From Thecamonas trahens ATCC 50062 (lineage: Eukaryota; Protista; Apusomonadida), in contig NW_013657664.1 of the NCBI RefSeq assembly GCF_000142905.1, positions 62,001 to 126,000 of the forward strand: DNA of 64,000 bases, read 5' to 3'. Position numbers and translations under genes: made by a program. The notes below the pieces were generated by a model that saw only the letters and a list, made by a program, of their open reading frames with translations, was not told the origin of the DNA and did no database searches. Of the stretch, positions 42,604-53,757 are shown piece after piece (within the stretch, counting starts at the first letter, position 1; every line of letters begins with the position of its first letter).

Positions 42604-42827
42604 GGTACGAAGGCGCTGGAGTGGGGTGATCCTGATCCTGATCCTGATCAAGTTTGTGTGGGCAGATTCGATGGTCGAGTGGGCGGACAGGGATAGCGGA
42701 TGAGTAATGCGTGTAAGATGGTATGTGTGCTAGAGACAGGAGAAGGTGAGTGTAGTTGGAAGGGGGTTAGATCTTTGGGTCGTGGCCTGATTGAAGCAGA
42801 GTGAGGTACAGCGGAGAGCACCGCAGT

Positions 42828-42880
42828 GGAGAGTATCGCAGCGGAGAGCACCGCAGCGCGGCGCAGCACAGCGCGGCGCA
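42828..42880. repeat. Short degenerate 15-nt tandem repeat (GCAGCGGAGAGCACC)
   Basis: Three or more units upstream of RRP41. Confidence 0.7.
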
Positions 42881-42970
42881 TGGCTGGTGGGGGCGGGACG
42901 TCTGGGTGGGCCGAGAGTGACATGCTCAATCGGGGCGGCGTGTGCTCGCGGAAGGCGAAGATTTGAGAGC

Positions 42971-44425
42971 TTACAATCTCACGACGTTGTTGATAACAAG
43001 GCAAGAATCGGAGGAGCGCTTAGAGCAGAGAGCGACGAGGTTGTGGATGGCGCCGGTGAAGATGTTGTTGGCAACCATGATCGCACCTGAAGACTCACGA
43101 GTGCGGTCGATCTGCGAGAAGCACGTGCCCGAGATGCAGTTGTTCTGCAGAAAGAGCGAGTCGGTGATCGAGACCGCGGTGGCGCCCGCGATGGTGACGG
43201 CAGGCAAACCCTTGTGATGGACGTCCCACTGGGTAAAGGTGCATCCAGAGAAAGAGACCATGCCGGAGCCGGCGACCGAGGCAATCGAGTACGATGGGCC
43301 CCAGAAGGCGGTGTTGGAGACGGTGACAGTGCCCGAGTTGGTCGGTGCGACAACGAGCTCGATCGAGGTGACCGAGACATTGGCCCATTGCGGCGAGGCG
43401 AACGAGGTGAACTCACAGGCTGCGATCTGCAGGCCCCACACGTCGACTTGCTCGATCAAGACCGACGCGTTGTACGCCATGTCAGCGCCACTCTCCTCGA
43501 GAATGCCATTGGTGGCGCCGGCTGCGGTCTCGATAAAATGGAACCCGACCGAGTAGGCAAAGGCAAAGAGGCGGGTGCAGAACTGCCAGTCAGAGCGGCC
43601 AAGGACAAATGCCCGTCCTCTAGTCAGCTGCAGCCGCATGTACTCGGGATGCTGCGAGTACCAGGGGTTAAAGTGGATGTCAATCATGCGACCGATGTCA
43701 GTCACATCGTCGACGTAGATGCCGATGAGCGACGGCTGACCGTAGACCCGGGCGATGTAGTGGCGGGCGGCGCCAACAGCCGAAATGAACTGGTACGGAT
43801 TGACGCCCTCGACATCGATGACGGCAGAGTTGACCGAGAGCGAGAGAGTGAATGGGTACGGGGTCGGCGCAGCCTTGGGGTCCTGGTCTGGATAGTAAAG
43901 GACCACGCCGCGGAGGGTGGCGTCCTGCTTGAGGGTGGCGAATGGAGTTCCCGACGCCTCGCCGCGGCCACCCACCACCAGCAGCACCGATCCATGTGTG
44001 GGCGGCAGCCCACCCTCGCCAACGTTGTGTGCTGGTGGCGCGCGATACGTGCCCTCGAGCGACACGCCGACGGGCACGGTGATCGACGAGTGGAAAGTGA
44101 ACTGGCCGGCCGGAACCCAGACGATGCCGCCACCTGCAGCCAGAGCAGCGTTGAGAGCCGCCTGGAACGGCACCGCGTTGTCAAACGAGCCATCACCGGC
44201 CCTGGCACCATGATCCAGCACGTTAGTCACGGAGTTTTGCTCCGTCGTGCCTCTGCGAGCCGGGCCAACGCTAGATCCATGCCATCGATCGTGTCGTGCC
44301 TCGAGCGCACGGGCAAGGAGGCGGCCTTGGACGCGCCGTGCTGACGACATGCCGACGGAGAGGGAGACAAGAACGAGCAAGAGAGGTAATATAGTCCGCA
44401 CAGCAATGCGCGTGGTACCAGGCAT
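42971..44425 (-). CDS. Secreted pectate-lyase-superfamily right-handed beta-helix protein (putative glycoside hydrolase)
   Basis: Signal peptide; NVLDHGARAGDG..DN..FQAALNAA..GGGIVWVPAGQF matches the Pectate_lyase_3 N-terminal motif; beta-helix-like periodicity follows. Confidence 0.8.
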   Translation of the reverse strand: MPGTTRIAVRTILPLLLVLVSLSVGMSSARRVQGRLLARALEARHDRWHGSSVGPARRGTTEQNSVTNVLDHGARAGDGSFDNAVPFQAALNAALAAGGGIVWVPAGQFTFHSSITVPVGVSLEGTYRAPPAHNVGEGGLPPTHGSVLLVVGGRGEASGTPFATLKQDATLRGVVLYYPDQDPKAAPTPYPFTLSLSVNSAVIDVEGVNPYQFISAVGAARHYIARVYGQPSLIGIYVDDVTDIGRMIDIHFNPWYSQHPEYMRLQLTRGRAFVLGRSDWQFCTRLFAFAYSVGFHFIETAAGATNGILEESGADMAYNASVLIEQVDVWGLQIAACEFTSFASPQWANVSVTSIELVVAPTNSGTVTVSNTAFWGPSYSIASVAGSGMVSFSGCTFTQWDVHHKGLPAVTIAGATAVSITDSLFLQNNCISGTCFSQIDRTRESSGAIMVANNIFTGAIHNLVALCSKRSSDSCLVINNVVRL

Positions 44426-44714
44426 GTGACTGTCGGACTGTGTCGGGTGTGCGTCGCCGTTGTTGCCCCGTTGCCAGGCGCTGCGCCACAGGTGCGCGTG
44501 CGCGTGCGCGCAAACTGGTTGCTGGTTGAATGGGGGGGTGGAGGGGGGGGGGGGGGGGGGGGGGGAGGGTGAGGGGAGTGGCGACAGGGCGAGACTATGC
44601 CACACCACTCTTTCCGAGCTTACGGAAGCAGAAAGCAGAGTGGGTGTACTGGTGCTGGTGTGGTGCACGGGTGTGGTGACTGTGTTTGTGGCTGGAAGCT
44701 GGAGCTAGAACGCG

Positions 44715-44759
44715 GCGACCTGACCGACGACCTGACCGACGACCTGACCGACGACCTGA
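44715..44759. repeat. 12-nt tandem repeat (GACCTGACCGAC) x about 4 in a divergent promoter region
   Basis: Direct inspection. Confidence 0.9.
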
Positions 44760-44816
44760 TCCACTCCTCGTCATCGACCGGGCTGCGACAACAGTAGCAA
44801 GGCACGTGATTGCATC

Positions 44817-45908
44817 ATGCAGCTGCTGCGAATCCTGAGGGGAACGCTGGCTGTGGCGGCGACCTGGGCGTTTCTGGCAGTCTCGTTTGTCATCATGCTG
44901 CCATTCTTCCTTGTGGCGCTAGTGTGCGGCGGATGGTCGATGGCACGCCGGTGGGTTGGCTATCCGGCGGGCGCGTGGGTGGTGTTTCCGGGTATGGCGG
45001 CAATCGCCGAGTGGTGGGGCGGCTCGACGCTGCGGGTCCACACGTCGTCGCCTGCGGGCGCCAAGTCCCCCGACGCCATTCTGGTGCCTGGCGAGTCTGC
45101 GCTGGTCATGGCCAATCACGTGTTTGCGCTCGACTGGTGGGCCATCATGCGGCTGGGCGTCCGTATTCGGTCGGCCGGCTGGCTTGTGTTCCTGGCCAAG
45201 GACTCGGTCAAGTACATCCCGGTGGTGGGATGGGTGGTGGCCATGGCGGGCGTGCTGCTGCGGCGGTCGTGGGACTTGGATGCGGCGCGGCTGTTTGCCG
45301 CCTTTCGCGCTGCGGGTGCCGCCGGCCAGCCGGTCTGGCTCATGTGCCACCCCGAGGGCACCCGCATGTCGCCGGCCAAACTTGCGGCGTCGCAGGCGTG
45401 GCTGGAAGCTCAAGGCCGTGACCAAATGGACCATGTACTCGCACCGCGGGTCAAGGCTGTCATTGCCGCCGTTGCCGCGCTCCACTCGCGGTTCGCGGCC
45501 ATCTACGACCTCACACTCGCGTATCCTGACGGCACGCCGTCGATCTGGAAGGTTGCTTGCTCTTGTGCGCCCGATGTCCACCTCCACGTCGACCGCATCC
45601 CGATTCCGGTGCTCTTCGAGCAGATTGCCGCCGCCGGCGGGCTAGACGCTGCCGCCGTGCCGGATCTGTTTGACGCGACCGCGTCGGGTGACGCAACGGC
45701 TGCCGCTGTCATCCTCCCGCTCATGAAAGAGTGGGTCCGCGCTCGCTGGCAGCTCAAGGAGCGGCGGCTGCGCGAGTTCCACGCCCGCGGCGGGCAGTTT
45801 GACCCCGACGAGGCGCGCGAGCTTCCGTTGCCGAGTCTTTCGCAGCATGGCGCGTTTGTGCGCGATGGACTGACACGGACATGGCCGCGGCAAGCAGTGG
45901 CTCAGTAG
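44817..45908 (+). CDS. Lysophospholipid acyltransferase (AGPAT3-5/LCLAT1 family)
   Basis: ANHVFALDW (NHxxxxD), FLAKDSVKYIPVVGW, HPEGTR, HVLAPRVK and IYDLTLAY motifs. Confidence 0.9.
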   Translation: MQLLRILRGTLAVAATWAFLAVSFVIMLPFFLVALVCGGWSMARRWVGYPAGAWVVFPGMAAIAEWWGGSTLRVHTSSPAGAKSPDAILVPGESALVMANHVFALDWWAIMRLGVRIRSAGWLVFLAKDSVKYIPVVGWVVAMAGVLLRRSWDLDAARLFAAFRAAGAAGQPVWLMCHPEGTRMSPAKLAASQAWLEAQGRDQMDHVLAPRVKAVIAAVAALHSRFAAIYDLTLAYPDGTPSIWKVACSCAPDVHLHVDRIPIPVLFEQIAAAGGLDAAAVPDLFDATASGDATAAAVILPLMKEWVRARWQLKERRLREFHARGGQFDPDEARELPLPSLSQHGAFVRDGLTRTWPRQAVAQ

Positions 45909-45932
45909 CGGTTTCCAGCTTTATCACCTCGT

Positions 45933-48142
45933 TCACTTCTTGCTGAGCGCGTCGTTGAGCAGGGCATCAAGGCGCTTGACCATAGAACGCGGGTCCTCAA
46001 GTAGGCCAGCAGAAATCATGGCGTTGTCAAAGACCTGCTGGGCAACACGCAGAGCGAGGTCGGGCTCCTCGACACGGGCAGAAACCAGCTTGGAGATGAT
46101 AGGCGACTTGGGGTTGATCTCGAGAGTGTAGCTCTCCTCCATGTCGTTGACGCCGGTCCGGGCGCCAACCATGCGGATCATCTGGCGCATGGTGGCCGAG
46201 TCGTGCTCGACAATCAGCGCCGGCGCCGAGGTCACGCGCTTGGTTGCCTTGACCTCGGACACCTTCTCGCCGAGCGAATCCTTCATCCACTCGAGCAAGC
46301 CGTCGAGGGCCTCGCCCTTGGGCGCGGCGGCAGTGTTGTCGCCGTCGTCCGCCGATGCATCGTCGTCGCCGGCCTCGGTCGCCTTAAACTCGTCGCCAAT
46401 GTCCTCAGACTCGATCGAGACCAGCTTCTTGCCGGCGTACGAGCCGAGGTGGCGCATGACAAACTCGTCGACCGGCTGGTCGAGGAGAATGACCTCGGTG
46501 CCCTTGGAGGCAAAGGCGTCCATGTAGGGCGAAGCGAGTGCGAGCTCGCGCGACGGCGCGACCACGTAGTACAGCTTATCCTGCTCCTCGGGTGTGCCCT
46601 CGAGCACCTCGTCGAGAGTCTTGTTGCCCTCGCCTGACGTGGTCGGGAAGAGCATGAGCTTGCCGAGCGCGTCCTTGTACTGATCGGTGGCGCAAATGCC
46701 CTCCTTGAGGAAGTTGCCAAACTCGCCAAACCACTTGGCGTACGCCGTCCGGTCGGCGGCCAGCTCCTCCGAAAAGTGCTTGAGAATGCGCTTGGTGAGG
46801 ATGCGGTTGAGGTTGGCGATGAGCGCGTCGTCCTGGGTAAACTCGCGCGAGAGGTTGAGCGGAAGATCCTCCGAGTCCACAACGCCCTTGACAAAGCGCA
46901 GCCACTCGGGAAGGAGCTTGGTCGGCTTGGGATCAATCAGCACCTTGCGCGAGTAGAGCTGGACGCCCGGCTCGAGGCGGCCCGAGCCAAACTTGTACTC
47001 AAAGTGGGTCTGCGGAAAGTAGAAGAGCGACTTGATGTCGACCGGCACGTCGGTCGAGAACTGCAGGCGGAAAGCCGGCTCGTCGTACGCACCCGCGATG
47101 AACTGGTAGAACTCGGTGTGCTGCTCGTCGGTCACCTTGGACTTGGGGAGCGCCCACAGCGGCTCGATGACGTTGACTCGGTCGCCGTCGACCTCGATGG
47201 GGAACGAGACAAAGTTGGAGAACTGCTTGATGATCTCCTTGATCCGGAAGCTCGAGGCAAACTCGTGCGAGTCGGCGTTGAGGTGGATGGTGATGGCGGT
47301 GCCGACCGGTGCGTCGGGCGCCTCAGTCACCGTGTACGTGCCCGACCCGTCCGAGCTCCACCGGTACCCGGTCTCGGCGCCGGCCTTGCGCGTTGTCACG
47401 CTCACGTGGTCGCCCACAATAAACGCCGAGTAAAAGCCGACACCAAACCGGCCGATGACGTTGGACTTGGCGTCGCCGGCCGCGCCCTGCCCGGCCGTCG
47501 CCATCTCGTCCACGAACGCTGCAGTTCCCGACCGGGCAATGGTCCCGAGGTTCTCCACCAGCTCGTCCTTGGTCATGCCAATGCCCGAGTCGGAAACCGT
47601 CAGCGTCTTGGCGTCCTCATCGATGGCGATGGAGATCTTGAGCTCGCGATCGACGTCAACGCCGTCGCTCACCTGCGCATACCGCATCTTCTCCAGCGCA
47701 TCCGACGCGTTCGAGACCAGCTCACGCACAAAGACCTTCTTGTCCGAGTACAGTGACTTGGCCACAATGTCTAGCAGCTTGCGGGTCTCGGCCTGGAACT
47801 CGTGCGTCTCCTCCTCCTGCGCATCGAGCGCTCCAGCCACCGATCCAAACTCGCGGGCAGCGCTGCCTGCTCCACCAGCACCTGCTCCAGACCACCGGCT
47901 GGCCATCATCGCCACGCTAGGAACTGCCAGACCCGTCACTGCCGCCACACCTGCCATCCGCACAGCACTCTGCGCGCCAGCCGTCCGAGCCAAGCTCGTC
48001 GAGGCCACACGCGCCCGCCGAGCTGTCCACCAGCCGAGCCAGCCGAGCCGCTCGAGGCAGAGCGACGAGCACCATGGATAAGCCGAGACGAGGCCCGGGC
48101 GAGGAACCGGGTAGCCATGCGGGAAGCAGCCTGGGTAAACAT
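45933..48142 (-). CDS. TRAP1: Mitochondrial Hsp90 (TRAP1/Hsp75); probable frame break in the presequence near 48014-48028
   Basis: HEFQAETRKLLDIVAKSLYSDK, RELVSNASDALEK, GRFGVGFYS and LEINP motifs, with no charged linker or MEEVD. A transit-peptide-like MFTQAASRMATRFLAR starts at 48142, one frame off; the in-frame alternative ATG is near 47957. Confidence 0.9.
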
Positions 48143-48398
48143 GCTTGTTTCGAGCCTGACGAAAAGTATGCTTCTCTATCCCCTCCCTCGCCTTACCTTG
48201 CCTGACGCCACCAGTGACCGCCTCACTCCGCCAGCCGGGATGGGATCGCCCCATGTCGCGTTGAGCCGACTGCGCGACCTTCGCGAAAAACGTCACTGAA
48301 GGCTGGGGCGCGCGACGGGGAAGGCCACGAGCGGGCTCATCGTGGGTGCAATGCTACATGAGAGCAAGTTCAATGACAGTGGAAAGGGAAAGACACGC

Positions 48399-51300
48399 TT
48401 ACGCGGTATCGGCGTCGTTGTCGTTGCGGATGGCGGCGACGCGGGAGTTTGAGGCCGCGGTGTGGAGTCGCGGAGGGGAGGCGGCGGCTTCTCGAGGCAG
48501 CGAGAGGGCTGCGGCAGACTCAGCGCGCCCGAGAGCGGCAATCGATGAGTTAGGACGGCTGCTGGGGCGGCGCGATGAGGAACGGCGGGAAGAGAGTACA
48601 CCGCGGCCAGGCGACCTGGACGACCGCAGTGAGCCGCTCATCGACATATTACGCCGCAGCGACGGTGACGAGGTGTTGAGGTCGCGGGAGAGCGCCGGGC
48701 GCGCAATCACAGTCGAGGACCGCGCCCGAGACAAACTGGTCGTTGAGCGAATGCGCGAAAGCGCCGAGAGCGCCCGCGATGCAGGGCGACGCGCCGAGGG
48801 GGAAGCAGCAGATCCAGGCTTGATGTTGCGCGAGGCGGGACGCTCCGTCGAGCGAGACGAAGACGACGAGAGGCGCGAGGAATCGTCCTCACCGTCCGAC
48901 GCCTCTCCGTCCGACGCCTTGACGTCGGACGTGGGCATCAGGAGCGATGCAGCAGTGGCAAGCCGTTGCAGCGGCGAGACAACAGCTTTTCGTGAGCCTG
49001 CTCGCGAGCGCGAAGACGCCGACAGCGCCCGCGTGCGGATAGCTGCACGGGCCGACCGTGCCCGCCGTGAGCCGAGACGCTCTCGGAGAGCAGCAACTCG
49101 GGCTTTGGTCGACGTGGGGTCGATCTCGCTCTCGTCCGGGTTGGTCATTTGGGCCCAGTCACCCGACCACACGGCGTCCGCCGCAGCCGACTTGGCCTGC
49201 TCGGCGAGCTTGGCCGACACAACCGCGTTGATGTCAAACGACGGCAGCGAGTCGGTGGAGACAAGCGTTGTCTGCGACGTTGTGCGGTGCAGGTTGGGCT
49301 GGGAATCGAGGTCTGCTGCAACGAGCTCGACGCCGCGGAGATCGGCAGCGGTGAACCCGCGCCCGGCGAGGCTCTTGGGCACTGCAGAGTACAGCTCCAC
49401 ATCAAACGACGTCCCAGTCTCCATCACATGCCGGAACACGCCCATCCGCTCGAGCGAAGCGCCGAGCTCACTGGCAGTGACAACATCAATGCGGCGGACA
49501 GCGTCGCCAGAGACCACAATCTGGCCTCCGCCACCGCAGTCGCCCACCACCTGCGCCACGTTCATCGCCCCACCAAAGTACTCGTACCGCTGCGTTCGCT
49601 CCGAGAAGCTCCGCGACGGCTCGCACCAGTGGATTCCGATCCGTACACGCAGCCCACGGAAGAGCAGCTCGCCGGTGGCTTCGTCCTCCACAACAGGCAC
49701 CTTTCTGTCCTGCAGCACGTCCGCCGGCCACTCGAGATCGAGCAGCTTGGTCTGCAACTCGATCGCCGTCCGCACCGCCTCGGCTGCGGTGTGGAAGGCG
49801 ACCACAAACGAGTCGCCCTCGGTCCGCACCTCGTACCCGCGGTGCTTGTCAAGCAGCTCCCGGAAGAGCTTGTTGTGTATGTCAATGGCGATCTCCATTG
49901 ACTCGGAGTAGTGCTCCCACAGATGCGTCGAAGCCTGCACGTCCGAAATGAACATGGCGATCGCGCCTTTCGGCGCCTCCTCGGCTGCAGCCGCCATCTT
50001 CTCGGCCACATACACCTTGGCAGCCCGCTTGCGACGGACAATGAGGAGGAAGGCCACACCTGCAACAATGCAGACCATGAACGACGCCGTCGAGCCAGCA
50101 ACAATCGGCAGCATGCGTGACGGCGACGCCACAGACGCGCCAGCACCTTGGCCGAGACACTCGCTCAAGCCGCCGCACACGCCGCACTCATCGACGACCA
50201 AACCCGAATTGGGGACGCCGTCGCAGCCGGCGCAGCTGCTCGAGTTGCCGTAGCACACGCCGCACACATCCTGATGCCGATCGGTGCCAAAGCACACTCC
50301 GCACGAGTCCAGCGCCTCGTTCTCGCCGCGGCACACTCCGCACGAGTCGCGGAGCAGGTTGTTGCCAAAGCACATGCCACAGCCATCGACATTACGGTTA
50401 CCGCCGAAGCAAACTCCACACGAGTCGAGCATGGCGTTCGGCGCCACCGTCGTTGTTCCGCCCGTGCAAAAGCCACAGTCGTCGATGATCGCGCTGCCTC
50501 CGCACACACCGGCACAGTCGAATGTTGCAGTCAGCGAGATCTTGACATCACACGAGAGCGCACATGACGAATTGTCGCCGCCACACACGCCGCACGCGTC
50601 GACAACCAATCCACCGGGAAGACCGTCACAGCCGAGACAGCTTGATCCGTCACCGTTGCACACGCCACACACGTCAATGGAGTCTGGCCCGCAACCCTCG
50701 CACCGCTCGAAGCACTTGTCACATGCATCAAGATGCATCTTGGGCACCAGGCCGGTCGTACCACCCACGCACACGCCGCAATCATCGATAAATGCGGTCC
50801 CGTTGCACACGCCAGCACAGTCAAAAACAGAAATGGCTCCGGTCGAGTTGTCGCACGAAGCGACGCAGATGTCCACGGCAGAGCCGCCGCACTTGCCGCA
50901 AGCATCAAAGTAAGCGCCACCGAGTGGGATGGGCACGCCATCACAGCCAAGACAGGTATCGGACGAGCCACCGCAGACGCCGCACACATCAAAAACCTCG
51001 CCCGAGTAAGGCACACCATCACATCCGGCGCAGGTCGAGTTGTCGCCCCAGGGCACGCCGCAAGCGTCAACACACGCGTTGTCCCCGTGACACACACCAC
51101 AAGCGTCCATGTCGGCATCGTTCCCGTGGCAGACGCCACAGGCGTCCATGTCGGCGTTGAAAGCGCGATCGGGCCCAAAGCAAGCGCCGCAGGTATCGAA
51201 CGGTTGCCCGTTGAGACAAGGTGGCGGAGGAGGTGGCGACGGCGGAGGAGGAGGAGGAGAGGGTGGCGGCGGTGGCGGGGAAGGTGGCGGCGGCGGCGGT

Positions 51301-51559
51301 GACGGCGGTGGCGGCGGCGATGGCGGCGGCGGGGGGGGAGAAGGAGGTGGTGGAGGCGGCGGCGGGGAAGGCGGCGGAGGTGGCGGCGACGGTGGTGGTG
51401 GCGACGGAGGGGGGGACGGCGGCGGCGATGGTGGCGGCGGCGATGGCAGCGGCGACGGCGGCGGCGACGGTGGCGGTGGTGGCGATGGGGGCGGCGGTGG
51501 TGATGGGGGCGGCGGCGGTGACGGTGGAGGAGGTGATGGCGGCGGCGGCGATGGTGGCG
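48399..51559 (-). CDS. Receptor-type class III (fungal/trypanosomatid-like) nucleotide cyclase with Cys-rich D-x-C-G-V-C-x-G ectodomain and SPPPP stalk; 5' end lost in gap
   Basis: Many DxCGVCxG repeats, a single TM (IVAGSTASFMVCIVAGVAFLLIV-RRKR), FISDVQASTHLWE, YEVRTEGDSF, RGLRVRIGIH and a Ser/Arg-rich tail. Confidence 0.85.
51221..51559 (-). repeat. Ser-Pro(n) extensin-like coding repeat
   Basis: (SPPPP)n running into the gap. Confidence 0.9.
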
Positions 51560-52456
51560 NNNNNNNNNNNNNNNNNNNNNNNNNNNNNNNNNNNNNNNNN
51601 NNNNNNNNNNNNNNNNNNNNNNNNNNNNNNNNNNNNNNNNNNNNNNNNNNNNNNNNNNNNNNNNNNNNNNNNNNNNNNNNNNNNNNNNNNNNNNNNNNNN
51701 NNNNNNNNNNNNNNNNNNNNNNNNNNNNNNNNNNNNNNNNNNNNNNNNNNNNNNNNNNNNNNNNNNNNNNNNNNNNNNNNNNNNNNNNNNNNNNNNNNNN
51801 NNNNNNNNNNNNNNNNNNNNNNNNNNNNNNNNNNNNNNNNNNNNNNNNNNNNNNNNNNNNNNNNNNNNNNNNNNNNNNNNNNNNNNNNNNNNNNNNNNNN
51901 NNNNNNNNNNNNNNNNNNNNNNNNNNNNNNNNNNNNNNNNNNNNNNNNNNNNNNNNNNNNNNNNNNNNNNNNNNNNNNNNNNNNNNNNNNNNNNNNNNNN
52001 NNNNNNNNNNNNNNNNNNNNNNNNNNNNNNNNNNNNNNNNNNNNNNNNNNNNNNNNNNNNNNNNNNNNNNNNNNNNNNNNNNNNNNNNNNNNNNNNNNNN
52101 NNNNNNNNNNNNNNNNNNNNNNNNNNNNNNNNNNNNNNNNNNNNNNNNNNNNNNNNNNNNNNNNNNNNNNNNNNNNNNNNNNNNNNNNNNNNNNNNNNNN
52201 NNNNNNNNNNNNNNNNNNNNNNNNNNNNNNNNNNNNNNNNNNNNNNNNNNNNNNNNNNNNNNNNNNNNNNNNNNNNNNNNNNNNNNNNNNNNNNNNNNNN
52301 NNNNNNNNNNNNNNNNNNNNNNNNNNNNNNNNNNNNNNNNNNNNNNNNNNNNNNNNNNNNNNNNNNNNNNNNNNNNNNNNNNNNNNNNNNNNNNNNNNNN
52401 NNNNNNNNNNNNNNNNNNNNNNNNNNNNNNNNNNNNNNNNNNNNNNNNNNNNNNNN
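51560..52456. other. Assembly gap
   Basis: Run of N. Confidence 1.
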
Positions 52457-52587
52457 GATGAGTCAATGTAATTATATTGGCTCTGTCCAGCCGTGCGTGC
52501 GGTAGGGGCCTCGTTCGGGGACAGCTTGATCATATGCATTCACTTACAGTAGAACGATAGGCGGCGACGTTGTGGGGCGCGCAGAGG

Positions 52588-53757
52588 TCACGATCGTCGG
52601 GGCGGCGACGGCGGTGGGCGTGGCGGTGGCGGCGATGGTGGGGGCGGCGACGGCGGTGGGCGCGGTGGTGGCGGCGATGGTGGGGGCGGAGATGGCACAG
52701 GGGCCGGCGTTGGAGCGGGTGTGGGTGCAGGCGTAGGCATGGGGAAAGGAGAAGGCGTGGGTGACGGACCACACGGCCCACATAGAGTACATGGCTCCGA
52801 TATGCTCACGGGAATATAGCCGAGCGCGCCGTTGTGGACAACAGGATGCCAGCCAGCAGGCGCGAATCGAGCATAATCGCGCCTGGAGAAGGCATGCATC
52901 TTCTCCTGAGCGGAGACTCTGACGGAGTGGCTCCCCAGAGAGGGCGTCCGGTAGACCGAGACCGGATCTTCTGGCGCAAACATGCAGCTCGTGCAAGACG
53001 AGGCATCAGCCGGCAGCGGCGCAACGTCCGAGGAGTGGACATAACCGTAGTGGTCGCCAGCCCGGACGTAGACAAACTCGTCATCGGGGCCAGACAACAG
53101 ATCGAGGCGGTTGTTGGAGAGATGGGTCCTACGCGAGAGGACAACCGTGACTTGTTCGCCCTCGGCGAGCTTGGTCACCACTCGCGACGAGTCGGATGCC
53201 TTCGCCCGGACCACGGCTCGGCCCTTGGATGGCGCAGGGGCGATACAAGGTTGGGTGGTCGGCGGAACGGCCCGCGGGCGGAAGTGAGGCGACGACGGTC
53301 CTAGTTCCGGTGTAGGACCAGGATGGCGAACGGGTGCATGACCACTCGAGTCTTGAGCAAGGTCATCGCCGCCATGGCCATGCCGCTGCCTTTTGGCCAA
53401 AGTGGCAACGATGCAACGACCCAATTTTGGCGAATTGGGAAAGGCGACGGGTGGCAAGGACAGGACAGCAGGAGGAGCACAGGCGGAGCAGTTGCTAGCC
53501 ATACGCGAGCAAGCCATGCATGAGATGTCACATGGCTCACAGGGCGAGCTTCCGCCCTCAGAGAACGTTCCATACGGACACGGGAAGCAAGTACCGGCTG
53601 GGGTTAGCGCAGCGTTTGCCTTGCAACTTTTGCAAACACTTGTGCCGTCGTCCGCACTGCTCGCGCAGAGCGCGGAGGGATGGACAGCCATAGCAGCGAG
53701 TGTGATCGAGGCAAAAAGGAACACAATGCATACCTGGTGGTATGACAAAGTAGGCAT
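52588..53757 (-). CDS. Secreted protein: signal peptide, furin-like Cys-rich region, two SH3b-like domains, Pro-rich stalk (may be the 5' part of the cyclase gene)
   Basis: CFPCPYGTFS..CEPCDISCMAC; VVRAKASDSSRVVTKLAEGEQVTV..FVYVRAGDHYGYVHSSDV; VYRTPSLGS..GWHPVVHNGALGYIP. Confidence 0.65.
   Translation of the reverse strand: MPTLSYHQVCIVFLFASITLAAMAVHPSALCASSADDGTSVCKSCKANAALTPAGTCFPCPYGTFSEGGSSPCEPCDISCMACSRMASNCSACAPPAVLSLPPVAFPNSPKLGRCIVATLAKRQRHGHGGDDLAQDSSGHAPVRHPGPTPELGPSSPHFRPRAVPPTTQPCIAPAPSKGRAVVRAKASDSSRVVTKLAEGEQVTVVLSRRTHLSNNRLDLLSGPDDEFVYVRAGDHYGYVHSSDVAPLPADASSCTSCMFAPEDPVSVYRTPSLGSHSVRVSAQEKMHAFSRRDYARFAPAGWHPVVHNGALGYIPVSISEPCTLCGPCGPSPTPSPFPMPTPAPTPAPTPAPVPSPPPPSPPPPRPPPSPPPPSPPPPRPPPSPPRRS

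Noticed and set aside
44715-44759. CRISPR-like array
   Set aside because: Head-to-tail 12-mers with no spacers, no cas genes, and a eukaryotic context.
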